DNA of 64,000 bases from Laetmonice hystrix. Its lineage: Eukaryota. The translations under genes and the position numbers were made by a program. The notes beneath the pieces are model-generated. The model saw nothing but the letters and a program-made list of their open reading frames with translations, was not told the DNA's origin and ran no database searches. The stretch spans positions 24,862,001-24,926,000 of the forward strand of contig OZ249445.1 in the NCBI GenBank assembly GCA_965235115.1, written 5' to 3'. Shown one piece after another: positions 52,439 through 63,785 of this stretch (positions are counted from its first letter, which is position 1; each line of letters opens with the position of its first letter).

Positions 52439-55400
52439 ATGAAGTTTCAAGTAAAGCCACCTTCGGGGGTATCACCGCGGGGAGATGACACCCCACGGAC
52501 ACGGAACCTGAAGGAGCTCCGTCTGAAGCGTCTTCAGTACTTTGAATCACGAGTCAACAACCCAGATTTAGTTTCTCAAGATAGCAGGTAATTAAGGGTA
52601 ACAAGTCTGACCTAATGGCCGAGTGATATGATTTTCCCAGACTCAAACTTAGGACAGTTTAATTCCATCTTTTCTTTTCATGATCTCCTGCTAAATGGAC
52701 ATGAAATAATCTGTTAGTTGACAAATTATTTAAATATATGACATGAACAATTTCTTAAGGTCAGTTATAATGGTTGTTTTAAAACTTTAACTTTAACTTT
52801 AACTTTTTTTAAAACATTAAAACTGACTGGAAAAAAATTTGCTATGTTATACAATGTCATAAATAGGAACTATGAGCAAACAACTATTTTAACTAGTACA
52901 TGTACCTGTAACTTATTCTGAGTCTCTAAAGAGAATACACTTCTAAAGTTTACATCAGGTATTTTCATCATGTTGGTATCAGTTAATTTGTTTTTAGATC
53001 GGTATTTTGAGAAAAATTCTGATGCATTTAAAAATCAATGATGCTGTATTAAAGACATTGATGCAGACTTGTACCTGTATGTAAATGTTTTTGCCCCTGC
53101 TAAAATTCATTTTGATTAAATTATGCTGCTAATATTGGGCTTGTCTTGAATTTCGCTTTCAGTGACAAGTCTAGAAGTTCAGAAATAGAGAGATCCGACA
53201 GCAGGCCTTCATCAGGTCAGAGGTCTACTTTATCAGAAGATGTGCGTGCCTCTATGATCCAAGATTCTCGTATCCTGTCGGTCGACTCATCATCAAATAA
53301 AACAGTCAACAATGTTGGACCCAACTCTCCTGCTTCCGGTGACAACACCTTCCATCACCCTGCAAGAAGAACCATGCATCTGTTAGGAAGTGAAAGAAAT
53401 GCAAATATTCCTTCTGATTTCGTCGATCATACTAGTGGATATCGCATTGGAGAGAATGCCGTTAACTTCCATAATTCACAGGAGGTACGGCAAAGTTTTC
53501 ATTTCACGGGAAATGTCCTTGGAACAGATAATATTTTACTACAGAAAAATTTGACGTCAGGTACCTCGTCTCAGTCCAGACCGGATAATTTCACATCTTT
53601 AGGATTTACGCTCCCTGATTTGTCACCAAGAAATTCAAATATAATAACACCAAAACAATCTATACCTGCAAAGAAATCAGCAAAAATAGGTCCGGGAAAG
53701 TCACCAGGGAAGCAAAAAGGGAAAAAACCAAGACACTTGGTATCAAGCAGTCGTGAAACTTTCACAAGCTCTCCTGCTTCCAGAGAAGGAGGTGAGACTT
53801 TCCAGGTGGCAGGCACATCAATATCTTTAGAATCTGAGCGACAGGGTTTAAAACTCAGGAAAAGTGTCATCGATGCTGATTTTGAAGACGATTATTCAGA
53901 GCTGGGGCTGTCTATGGATAGAGGATCATACGGCCAATACCGTGGGCCGATCCCCATCTTTAATCCATCAGGTCCAACAAAGTCAAGAAAACAGTTGGCG
54001 AGTGCGAACCCCAGAGGTGTTATGAAAACGAGCAGTAGCATGGGAAATTTCAGATCAGTTTCCGAGTCCCCAAGCTGTGATGATCCCACTCTGGTGGAAG
54101 AAGATAGTTTTCAGGCTTCCATGGCAATGTCAAAATCTGCGAGTTGCCAAGGTTTCAATACTTGTGATAATGATAGCTTTAACAACAATATACCAAGTAG
54201 AAATCAGGCTCACTTTGACCATCAAGACTCTGAGATGAATGATTCTTTAAAAAGGAGTGGATCTCCAACATATCACCGGTTGAATGTTACTGAAAGTTCT
54301 GAGCGCGACTCCAAACCAAGCATACCCAAACTCATGTTTCAACAACCATTAGAAAGAGAAAGCGCAGATTTTGAAGACACAAAAAGAAGTGTCAAAGGAG
54401 GCAATGGAAAAGAAGCAGCAACGTCGACACTGTACAACGAATTTGCCTCTCCGAACCTTCAGTCAATATTAGGCAAGGACCGTCTCGACAGACTTCTTAA
54501 AAATCTTGAAGAGAGTGCGTGGATTGAGATGGAGTCTGACAAAAGCTCAGGTGCAGGTAGTAACGTGTTCCCAAGACAACAGGATATATCGGTGGAATCC
54601 TATAGGTCCGAGTCTGAAACGAATGCTCCCACATCAAATCCAGAGGAACAGACTTCGAAGTCTCAGAATCTCAAGGAGCTAGGCTTGACAACACATAGAC
54701 CACCTGATCTCATATCTAGTGATAAAAATCCAAGCAGTAGTTCGCAGGTTGCCAATGGCAACTTGGACTCTGCTCCGTCAACTGGAAGAAGAAGTGCAAA
54801 GTATTCGTTTTCAAGTGAGGAAATATACGCACAGGCAAAACATATTTCTTTAAGCAAGGCAGATCCTGCATCGGGAAACGCCAGCATAATAAATGCTGCT
54901 GAGAAAACTGCAACGTCAAATGCTAGAGATGCTCTGAAGAACACTGCTTATGGCTATGCTACTCTCGCTGAAAAATCTGACGAGGTCAGTAAGTTTGATT
55001 ATGTCCGGGGAATTCACAGTGTAAAAAAAGAATTTTATAAGACAGTGACGGTGACTGACAGTACTGCAGTGAGCGATGCGTCAGCAAGTACTGCCAAACT
55101 CTCCCGGCTGTCAGTGGAAAGTGCTAACACCAAAGGGTTACAACGTCCGGGAAGTGGTTCCATGCGGCAGCGTAAAGAGTCGGGCGGAGAGAGTCGACAC
55201 AGTGGAAATGCCAAAGAAAGTCAGGAGGAACACATCGAAGGCATACGGCAGCATGTGGCAGACATAAGGTAAGTGATGGTCTTTTGTGGCATTTTTCTAG
55301 GCCCCATTTTTTCTCTGTAAAATTTTTAGCCAATCAGGCGAGAATTGAAATTAACTGAGTAACCCCGTGAAAGGAAAAGCTTAGTCGACATCTGCTTTCT

Positions 55401-58400
55401 TTGAAGAGAAACAAGCCTTGTCTGTTGTCAATAAAATAAAGTCTAAAATAACCTGATACAGTTTGCAACAGAAATGAAGTATTTTTTGCAGCTCAAAGAA
55501 AATTATTTTATTTTCTGGTTAACTTTTACTTCAACTTTCTGTTATAGTCATCCCTATTTGCACGAACAAATCTTTCATGTGAAACTAAATTTTGTGATTA
55601 AAAAGTCAATTTCTTACAGGATTCAGCAGTTTGAGGACCAAATAAAGGCAGGGGCTCCATATACGACCTCTTCAATAGAGCGCTACTTCGCTTCGATGGA
55701 ACGACTCAACCGTGACCCAGAAAAGGGATTCGAACCAGTGCCAGAACCTGAGATTGCTGAAACACCCAGAGGAAACAACTTACCTCAGAAAAATAAAGCT
55801 GAAAAAATGACTGCTTCATTAAAAGTAGATCTACCAAAGCCTCCGGATCGTTTTGATGACGTCAAACATCAAAGAGATCATTTAAAATCTAAAAGTAACT
55901 CGAGTGCCAGCCATATGAAGGATTCAAATGTTACAAAACGACAACTTCAAGAAGATTCTGAGCATAGTCGTAACATTGACTTGAAAAACTGGAGTAAATC
56001 AAGTTTAGAAGAAGGCAGCCTTTCTCAAAGAGAAAAGTGGGAACAGTTCAAGTTGGACAACGATAAAAGGAAAATACTTAATGAATTTTTCGGTTCAGAA
56101 GCAAGTGATGATGATGACCTATTTACAAAGGTAACATCCTTGGTAACTGACATGGATGAAAGTGCAACAGCAAGGCTGAAAACTTTGGGTATCGACTTTA
56201 GCTTCTTGAAAAATAAAGACGACGAAAAAAATGCATTTACAGAAAAAGATGCGGAGGTTTCAAGCCACTCAAGTCACTGTGAATTGGACAAGGACATGAA
56301 TCGAGATAATATGTATCCCGATTCCTCCAAAGGAAAATTGGAATTAGAAGATGAAGTTGAGGTCCTGTTCACGATGTCTTCAGGAGGGAAAGGCTTTCAG
56401 AAACCGTCAGGTGGCGCCACTGGTTTGGTTAGTAAAACCATCTCAACCCCAGCTCCATCTGGTGAGCCAAGTCTGAGTCAATCAGCGGGGGCCGCGTTTC
56501 ACCGAAAGATCGACGACGTTTTAGGGATTTCAACGGCGTCGACATCTTCAGGGGTTTCAACTCAGGTTAAAGTTTGCCCAGAATGTGCTGAAGTCAACAA
56601 AACTTACGTGACGTGGTGCGTGGAGTGCGGGGCAGTTCTTGGTGACGTCGATCCCGTGCCGTTCAAACCAAAAAGAGACGCGTCACGTCACCTTGGCAAC
56701 CAGAGCAGCAATGGCCTATCACAGTCCGCCACAAACTTTAAAAATAGACTGGAAGAATCCATGAACAATCCTGACGGCTTCCTTGCAGCTACATATCAGG
56801 AAGAGGTGGATAAATCAGTAGAGCAGAAAAAGTCTGGCCTTATGAAAAAAAGAGATAATGCCGTGAGAGAAAACAGGGCCTTACGGGAGCTCAAAGCAGA
56901 GAGAGGTGTAAGAGATAGCGATGAGTTTGAGTATGACACCGGAGAGATCCCTGTTCGGTCACTGCCGAAAGCTCTCCAATCCGAACTCTCACTTGACCTC
57001 GAAGTCGAACCCAAGAAAGGCAGAAATCACAAGGGTCAAAAAAAGAACAATGTTGGGGAGGACATTGCAAAGCTCTCCGAAGACATCGTTTTTGAGTATC
57101 GAAGAGGGGAAAGTCCGAAGAAGTCGTTGCCGGTTGATTTACAGGAGGAATTGAATTTGAACCTCGATGGAAGTCAAACCACTGCATCTTTGCAGGGGTT
57201 TGCTGCTCGTAACAATAACAGTAGCAACCAGAAGGCTGCTGGCAGGCAGTCAGCTGCAGGGAGGGGAGGGGAAGATAATAACTTGGAGATCCCAGTTCAG
57301 GGCGAGGTGAAAGAAGAGGGGCACAAAGTTGACAAAGGTTTAGATCCAATGCAGGATGACACAGAGGAAGAGGTCAGCGAGCAGGAACTCGACATTCCTG
57401 GCAACAATAGTGATGAGGATGGCGATGATAATGATGACGATAGAATAGTTTACAAAGAATTCATCCAGCGTTTGAGAACTGATCCCAGGTTGAAATCAGA
57501 CAGTTCCGACCGTCCGCAGTCTGCCATGCCCGTGCCGTCTGTATCGGGAGGCCCGCCGAAAAACACTGTCGGAAAACGTCGGCGACCGCAGTCGGCGAAA
57601 TGCGCCATGAGCAAAGTGAGGGCTTCGATAGAGGCACCGGGGTACCAGAGAAAGTGGGAACGCTCATCAACCATGGCCTGGGGATCACTCAGCCATGGTG
57701 AGATCCGCCCGCGCTCCAGTGTCCACGTCTCGGCTGAAGGTGACCGGCCCGCCAGTGTGATGTCTAGAGGTCGTCCATCTAGTTCTCTCCGGAGGTTCTC
57801 CTCCCGAACCCCTGGCCCAGGAGACGTAAAACACACCGCCAAGAAAAGTGCTGGTCGGCCGCAAAGTGCAGGACCTAGAAGGGGGTCAGTATTAATATGT
57901 TCCGATTCAGTCGTAAAATGATTATAAATGCATGTAAAACCAGGTTATACAAGATTGAAAGAATAGTTTTTACAATGTTAGTATACTCCTTGAAAACTAT
58001 GTACATTGTACTTTGAAATTTGATTTTTTTGTGAGATGCTGTTTTCAAACTTAAAAAGTTACACCACTGTTTTTTTTAGGTAAGTCTTAAGCATGGTGAT
58101 TTTTTTCAAAAAGTTACACCACTAATTGTTAGTTTAGTTTGAAGAATAGACTAGGCAGTGAGTTTGATAACTTAATACCCAGGGTTCATGTTATTTTTTA
58201 CCACAGGGATCGTGGAGCAGGGAGTTCATGGCAATCCAACAGTGGATCCATGAAAAGTATGTCGCCGAATTCAAAAAAAGAAGATCTCAACAAAAACACA
58301 CCAGACCCACTCTGTGTCCAGTCAGCTAGTTACACAACAGGTTTGTGACCACTGCACATTGATATTTACTGTAAATCAATTTTTTTTCGGGGGGGGGGGG

Positions 58401-58740
58401 GGGTTGATCATGAAATTGTAAGCTTTTTGGATATGTTGAAAAGTTTGCACAACTTCAAACAGCATATAGTAAATGAATCAATTAATCAATCAATCAATCA
58501 ATCAATAAAAAAAAGACTCAGATTCTCATAATCACAATCATAATCACAAAGTTACTTAAAAAACGTGAAAACAAAACAAAACAAAAAACCCAGTAAAGGC
58601 CCAATCCCTGATCGTATAAAGCTGATCCTTGTGCCAAAAGCCTTCTGCTCTAGAAACAATTGCATTCTTGCATTTCAGGCTCTACGTCCAAGTCAATGAG
58701 GTCTACTGCACTCAAGACATATGCCAAGTATTTTGAAATG
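52439..58740 (+). CDS. Large uncharacterised Ser/charge-rich protein with one C4 zinc ribbon; 3'-partial, at least 1572 aa
   Basis: Exons 52439-52587, 53163-55268, 55620-57884, 58207-58340 and 58679-58740. GT-AG boundaries, phases 2,2,2,1,0 all consistent (4716 nt). Starts MKFQVKPPSG..LKELRLKRLQYFE and contains CPECAEVNKTYVTWCVECG. No stop is reached, so the gene continues past the DIRS insertion. Confidence 0.88.
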
Positions 58741-58878
58741 GTAAGTGTAAGAGAATTTGATGTCATGAAATTTCCCGTTTTTCCGAGACTATAGAGCACC
58801 TCTACAGCTTTGCAGACATGATTAAAAGGAGAGATCCAGTGATTATTTTCTTTGCAATCATGCCAGATCAAAACTATG

Positions 58879-58952
58879 AATTTACTGCATGCTCCCCGGA
58901 GCATAAACGAACCAATGAGAGGCGCTCTTCCGTTTCCTTGCAGTCAGCACTA
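58879..58952 (+). repeat. DIRS left inverted terminal repeat (74 bp)
   Basis: Reverse complement of 63786-63859. The inner 39 bp (58914-58952) match perfectly; the outer part has a few substitutions. Confidence 0.92.
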
Positions 58953-59351
58953 GCTTTTCCGGTTTTCGCTAGGACGGTCAGCTTTTTTTTCTCAGGGCTG
59001 GTTCTTCTGCGGATTGAGCCAATAAGTTTGTCGGTTTACTGACTTTTTAGCCCTGTTGCTGTTCAGGTGTCTTGCGAGTTCACCACTTCAGTATATGGAC
59101 AGCAAGACCACCAATAAGAGACCAAACTTCGAGTTTGTGGTGGTCTTACCTCCCTAGGACTTGCACTCGCTGTATGCAGCAGTGGCAGCAGTGCCTGAAA
59201 GGGAGGTGAGTACAGGCGGCATAGGCCCGAGTGGTACCTGTACAGGTCGACACAGTGCTATTTTCGGGACAGTCGCTCACTGTCGCAGCACTGAACAGAT
59301 ACCGACGGCAGTTTCACAGAAGGCAGCACTGAGTACGGAGTGCTACCTGAC

Positions 59352-60596
59352 ATGGCACCAAAGAAAGAAGGCAATGTGGCCGATTCTAAGAAGGCGAAGA
59401 AAATGGAAGATGAGGTTCCTAAAAAGTCAGGGGAAGACTCACACCCAGTCGAGGAGTCTACGCGGAGGCCAGAACGGGAGGCCGTCAGTCCCTCGCCAAT
59501 GACTAGCCAGGTGCAGCAGGCTGAGCTGTTAGCCGCTTTGACTGAAATGAGAGCGTCAATGGCTCAGTTGTCCTCGGAGGTCGAGTCACTCAAAGGTAAT
59601 CAGCAGGGAAGCAAAGAGACGGAGGATGACTCTACTCCCCCCTGTAAAATGCCTCGACTCTCCCCCATTGCTGGGACTTGTGATGATTCTCAGTCCGGGC
59701 ATTATAGTGACGTCCCAGATGCTGAAGAGCCGGGAGTTGATGATTTCGCTTCTGGAGCTTGCTCGGATGGATCAGGGAACCCAGATGTAAGTGAGGAATT
59801 AGAAGATTATGTAAAATCTTTGACGGAGGAACTTCTAGCTGATGAAGCCACCTCTGAGCCAGTCTCCGATTCGCTGGCAGCTTTGGCAAAGGCGGCACAT
59901 AAGGAGGCCCGCCGACCAGAGCTCCTGAAACTTAGGCGAGGAAAACACCCGCGTCCTTCAAATATTGAATCATTAAAGACTCCGAAACTTAACTCGGCAC
60001 TGTGGGACAAGGTAGGACTGGAGAAGAGGTCCGTAGATCTTCGTCTCCAGAAGACGCAGGACAACTTGCATGCAGCGCAGACCATTGTCCTGCAAACTGT
60101 GGAGGCCTGCAAGACAGTTAGGGCAGAACTGAATCGGAGTAAGGGAGACTTTGGAGTTTTGGGAGCTACACTTAGTAGTTTAGTGAAAGATAATCTTGAT
60201 GCTACAGTACTGTTGGAATCTGTCAACCAAGATCTCCTCAACCGGAGGAAAGATAGCATAAAAACTGCAGTGCCACGGGATTTCAAGGAACTTTTCTCAG
60301 AGGAGTTACAATCGGGTGAATGGCTCCTTGGGGATGATCTCGAAGAGAAAGTTAAAAAGCTCGCAGATCGCCAAAGGAGTATGAAGCAGTTAGGCCTGGT
60401 TAAACAACCCCCAACTAGACCTTATAACTCAAAGGGAGGACGGCGGCCAGATTTCGCTAGGAGGGGTCGCCCTTCGGGGACCTACAGGAAGGATCCTCCA
60501 ATAGCTACACAATGGCGCAGGGATGAATTGCCAGGAACTTCCTTTCGGGGCCGGACAGGATCACGAGGATTCCGCGGGAACTACAGGCCTCGTTAG
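59352..60596 (+). CDS. DIRS gag-like ORF1 (LAP2alpha-like domain), 414 aa
   Basis: Open frame from the ATG of MAPKKEG. The segment HPRPSNIESLKTPKLNSALWD..RSVDLRLQKTQ resembles DIRS gag. Arg/Gly-rich C-terminus overlaps the pol frame. Confidence 0.85.
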   Translation: MAPKKEGNVADSKKAKKMEDEVPKKSGEDSHPVEESTRRPEREAVSPSPMTSQVQQAELLAALTEMRASMAQLSSEVESLKGNQQGSKETEDDSTPPCKMPRLSPIAGTCDDSQSGHYSDVPDAEEPGVDDFASGACSDGSGNPDVSEELEDYVKSLTEELLADEATSEPVSDSLAALAKAAHKEARRPELLKLRRGKHPRPSNIESLKTPKLNSALWDKVGLEKRSVDLRLQKTQDNLHAAQTIVLQTVEACKTVRAELNRSKGDFGVLGATLSSLVKDNLDATVLLESVNQDLLNRRKDSIKTAVPRDFKELFSEELQSGEWLLGDDLEEKVKKLADRQRSMKQLGLVKQPPTRPYNSKGGRRPDFARRGRPSGTYRKDPPIATQWRRDELPGTSFRGRTGSRGFRGNYRPR

Positions 60597-61530
60597 GGGG
60601 GTTAGTGGCTCACAGGTTAGGGCCACTGGTGATAAGTTTTCTCCTCAGGAACAGGAGTCGCCTATTAAATTCAAAGCTGGAGAACTGCAGTTTCACCTTC
60701 CAAACTGGTGTAAAGTAACTAGTGATCCCTATATTACACAATGTGTGAAGGGTTTAAAATTAGAGTTTGATAAAATCCCAGAGGAAAGATCGTTCCCTAG
60801 GCCTTTCCGTTTTTCAGGAAAAATGAGAAGTGTCATGAATGTACAAATTGATAACCTACTTGAAAAGGGTGTTGTGGAGCAATGTAATGATGAAAGGGGA
60901 CAGTTTGTAAGCAATGTTTTCCTGAAACCTAAACCTAATGGAGAATATAGAATGATCTTAGATCTTACTGATCTAAATCAATTCATTACTTATAAGCACT
61001 TTAAGATGGATAATCTAGATGTAGCGGTTGAAATGTTAAGGGAAGGCTGTTTTCTAGCTTCTATAGATCTTAAAGACGCTTATTATACTGTGCCGATTTA
61101 TGAACGCCACAGGAAATACCTTAGGTTCCGATGGGAGGGACAATTGTATCAGTACAGGGCTCTCCCAAATGGCCTAGCGATGGCACCTAGAGTCTTTACC
61201 AGGATTCTCAAACCAGTTTATTCCAAGGTCCATGAATTGGGAGGAAGAGCAATAGGTTATATTGACGATTCCTTCATTATGGGCGAGACAGAGGAAAAAT
61301 GCAGGGACACAGTAAATTTCTTAGGCCAGTTGCTCAGGGACTTAGGCTTTACCTTACATGACAGAAAGTCGGAAATGGTCCCGTCCCAGGAGTTAACCTT
61401 TCTGGGTTATGTATTAAATTCACAAACAATGATGGTCAGGCCAACAACAGACAAGTGTAATAAGATTTATAATGCGGTGAACAATCTGCTTCAAATCAAT
61501 TGGACTTCCATTAGGAAGGTGGCGAGTTGA
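60523..61530 (+). CDS. DIRS pol, reverse transcriptase part (ends at frameshift)
   Basis: RT motifs RMILDL, IDLKDAYY, ALPNGLAMAPRVFT, YIDD and FLGY. Confidence 0.93.
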   Translation: MNCQELPFGAGQDHEDSAGTTGLVRGVSGSQVRATGDKFSPQEQESPIKFKAGELQFHLPNWCKVTSDPYITQCVKGLKLEFDKIPEERSFPRPFRFSGKMRSVMNVQIDNLLEKGVVEQCNDERGQFVSNVFLKPKPNGEYRMILDLTDLNQFITYKHFKMDNLDVAVEMLREGCFLASIDLKDAYYTVPIYERHRKYLRFRWEGQLYQYRALPNGLAMAPRVFTRILKPVYSKVHELGGRAIGYIDDSFIMGETEEKCRDTVNFLGQLLRDLGFTLHDRKSEMVPSQELTFLGYVLNSQTMMVRPTTDKCNKIYNAVNNLLQINWTSIRKVAS

Positions 61531-62510
61531 TTGATGCCACGAAAGGGGTTCAGTATGGAATGAACTATGTAAAAGACCTGGAAAGATGTAAGGTACTAGC
61601 ATTAAGACTAGCTAAGGGGGATTTTGACGCTGTAATGCAAATTTCACAGGAAGCACGGCAGGAACTGATTTGGTGGAAGGATAACATTCATAATGCGTCT
61701 AGGAGTATAACCATGGGCAGGCCTTACTGTGAACTATTCACAGATGCCTCTATGGCAGGATGGGGGGCCACCAGCGGAGAGCAGAGGACTGGAGGAATGT
61801 GGAGTAGACAAGAATCGCAAAAGCATATAAATGAGTTAGAGCTCTTAGCAGTGGAGTTAGGCTTGCAATCGTTTTTCAGGGATGCTTCTGAAATGCTCAT
61901 TAAAGTATGGATAGATAATACTACGGCAGTGTCGTATATTAACAGGATGGGAGGCACCAAGGCTCTAGCTTGTCAAAATATTACAAAGAGGATTTGGACA
62001 TGGTTAGAGAAACGTAAGCTGTGGCTGTTGGCCACACATATCCCAGGCACCGAGAATACGGTAGCCGATTTCCTGTCTCGAAATTTACGAGAGAATCTTG
62101 AGTGGGAATTGGACGAAGGCATTTTTGAAGAAATTTGTGCAAAATTTGGGATGCCTTCCATTGATCTCTTTGCATCTCGACTAAACCATAAGGTAGACAA
62201 ATATATGTCTTGGAAGCCTGACCCACAGGCGCATCTCATTGATGCTTTTTCGCACCCATGGGGTGCTGAATTTATCTATGCTTTTCCCCCATTCAGGTTG
62301 GTCCACAGGGTTCTGAAGAAGGCCTCACTGGACAATGCAGGGGGCATAATTGTAGTGCCGAACTGGGTCACACAGTCGTGGATGCCGGAATTGTTACAGA
62401 GGGCCAAAGATACCATCACGTTCAAAGCACAGAGAGGAAACGTAAGGAAAAACCTGCCAGGAGGGCGGACACAAAGGTTATACGTGCCAATCCTGGCTTG
62501 TCTTCTCTGA
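61527..62510 (+). CDS. DIRS pol, RNase H plus Dam-like methyltransferase part (frameshifted from RT)
   Basis: RNase H motifs LFTDAS, HINELELLAV, IDNTTAV and HIPG..N..ADFLSR. MT-like motifs IDLFAS..W.PDP..DAF..W..YAFPPF. Confidence 0.9.
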   Translation: MIDATKGVQYGMNYVKDLERCKVLALRLAKGDFDAVMQISQEARQELIWWKDNIHNASRSITMGRPYCELFTDASMAGWGATSGEQRTGGMWSRQESQKHINELELLAVELGLQSFFRDASEMLIKVWIDNTTAVSYINRMGGTKALACQNITKRIWTWLEKRKLWLLATHIPGTENTVADFLSRNLRENLEWELDEGIFEEICAKFGMPSIDLFASRLNHKVDKYMSWKPDPQAHLIDAFSHPWGAEFIYAFPPFRLVHRVLKKASLDNAGGIIVVPNWVTQSWMPELLQRAKDTITFKAQRGNVRKNLPGGRTQRLYVPILACLL

Positions 62511-63475
62511 ATGGGAGATTAAAACAGTCGGGAATTTCTCGCAGAGCGAGAAAACTAATCTTGTCATCATGGAGGAAATCAACCAAAAAACAATATACTG
62601 TTTATTTGAATAAGTGGCAGGATTACTGTGAATTGAAATCCTGGGATCCTATTACTCCTGACATTCCCATGATTTTGGATTTCTTAGCCATGCTGTATGA
62701 AGGAGGGCTAAGTTACTCAGCATTAAATACTGCAAGATCTGCTTTATCCTCTTTTTTGCCAGAAGTTGGAGGGAAGAGAGTAGGAGCTAATGAACTGGTG
62801 ATTAAATTGATGAAAGGAGTCTATAATGACAGACCTCCTTTGCCAAAGTATGACAACTTCTGGGATGTGAATCTAGTATTAACAATGCTAAGAGATTGGT
62901 TCCCGAATGATGGGTTGATTTTAAAACAATTGTCCTTGAAATTGGTTATGTTGTTCTTACTAACTACGGCAGAGCGATGTCAGACAGTTAAATTACTAAA
63001 GGTGGATAACGTTAAGATTAATGACAAGGCAATGTTGTCTTTGGATCAGCCTGTTAAGCAGAACAGGGCAGGCAAGCCGCTCAGAACTTTCTCCTTTGAA
63101 AGATATACAAGAGATGATTCTTTATGTATAGTACTGGTACTGAAGGAATACCTCAGAAGAACTGTAGGATTAAGGGGTTCGGATGAACAGTTGGTTATTA
63201 GCTACATTAAGCCTTATGCTCCAGTATCCAAAAATACCATTTCACGCTGGGTCAGACTGGTATTATCTCTAGCAGGGATTGACACGAACATGTTCAAAGC
63301 CCATTCAACAAGGGGAGCCACAGTCTCCAGAGCGAGTGAGCTTCATGTACCTGTAGACAAAATCCTCAAGTCTGGGGGTTGGAGTAACACAGGAACTTTC
63401 AGCAAGTTCTATAAACGAGACATCCGAAGAAAAGACAAAGCAATGTCTACCACGATATTAGATAGCGTTAAGTAA
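62378..63475 (+). CDS. DIRS tyrosine recombinase with SAM-like N-terminal domain
   Basis: Catalytic residues R (ERCQT), HSTR, GGW and terminal Y (TFSKFY). The frame overlaps the end of the pol frame, as is typical of DIRS1. Confidence 0.93.
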   Translation: MDAGIVTEGQRYHHVQSTERKRKEKPARRADTKVIRANPGLSSLNGRLKQSGISRRARKLILSSWRKSTKKQYTVYLNKWQDYCELKSWDPITPDIPMILDFLAMLYEGGLSYSALNTARSALSSFLPEVGGKRVGANELVIKLMKGVYNDRPPLPKYDNFWDVNLVLTMLRDWFPNDGLILKQLSLKLVMLFLLTTAERCQTVKLLKVDNVKINDKAMLSLDQPVKQNRAGKPLRTFSFERYTRDDSLCIVLVLKEYLRRTVGLRGSDEQLVISYIKPYAPVSKNTISRWVRLVLSLAGIDTNMFKAHSTRGATVSRASELHVPVDKILKSGGWSNTGTFSKFYKRDIRRKDKAMSTTILDSVK

Positions 63476-63549
63476 AACCTGTCATGAATGAAAATAAAGA
63501 ACTATGCAGTTATTTATCTGTGTTTTGTTCCGAAAACTTTGTGTTAAAG

Positions 63550-63675
63550 TCTCATTGGTTCGTTTATGCTCCGGGGAGCATGCAGTAAATTTTAAAGATT
63601 AAATGAGACTTACCTGTAAGTTGAAATTTGGTCGTAAATTTACTAATGCTCCTAAGGAGCATGAACGAACTAATG
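63550..63675 (+). repeat. DIRS internal complementary region (ICR)
   Basis: 63550-63591 is the exact reverse complement of 58879-58920. 63591-63675 is the exact reverse complement of 63821-63905. Confidence 0.93.
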
Positions 63676-63785
63676 TCCCACCCAATGGGGCTTGCCTCCC
63701 AAAAATGTTTCTCTCCCCAGACTATTCAGGGAGGGCAGGGGACATTTTTCCACAGGCGGAACAAAACACCGAAAACCTCGTTAAA

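Noticed and set aside
40650-52439. Splicing of exon 40567-40650 into the large gene at 52439 (both phase 0)
   Set aside because: It would nest two genes in one intron; a nearer acceptor with poly(A) signal (40969, 41313) and a local promoter near 52 kb are simpler explanations.
53146-53162. ORF-track starts at 53146 and 55474
   Set aside because: These are intronic extensions; the true exon starts are the acceptors at 53163 and 55620.
61520-61532. Programmed -1 frameshift in pol
   Set aside because: No X XXY YYZ slippery site, and residues expected at this point appear to be missing.
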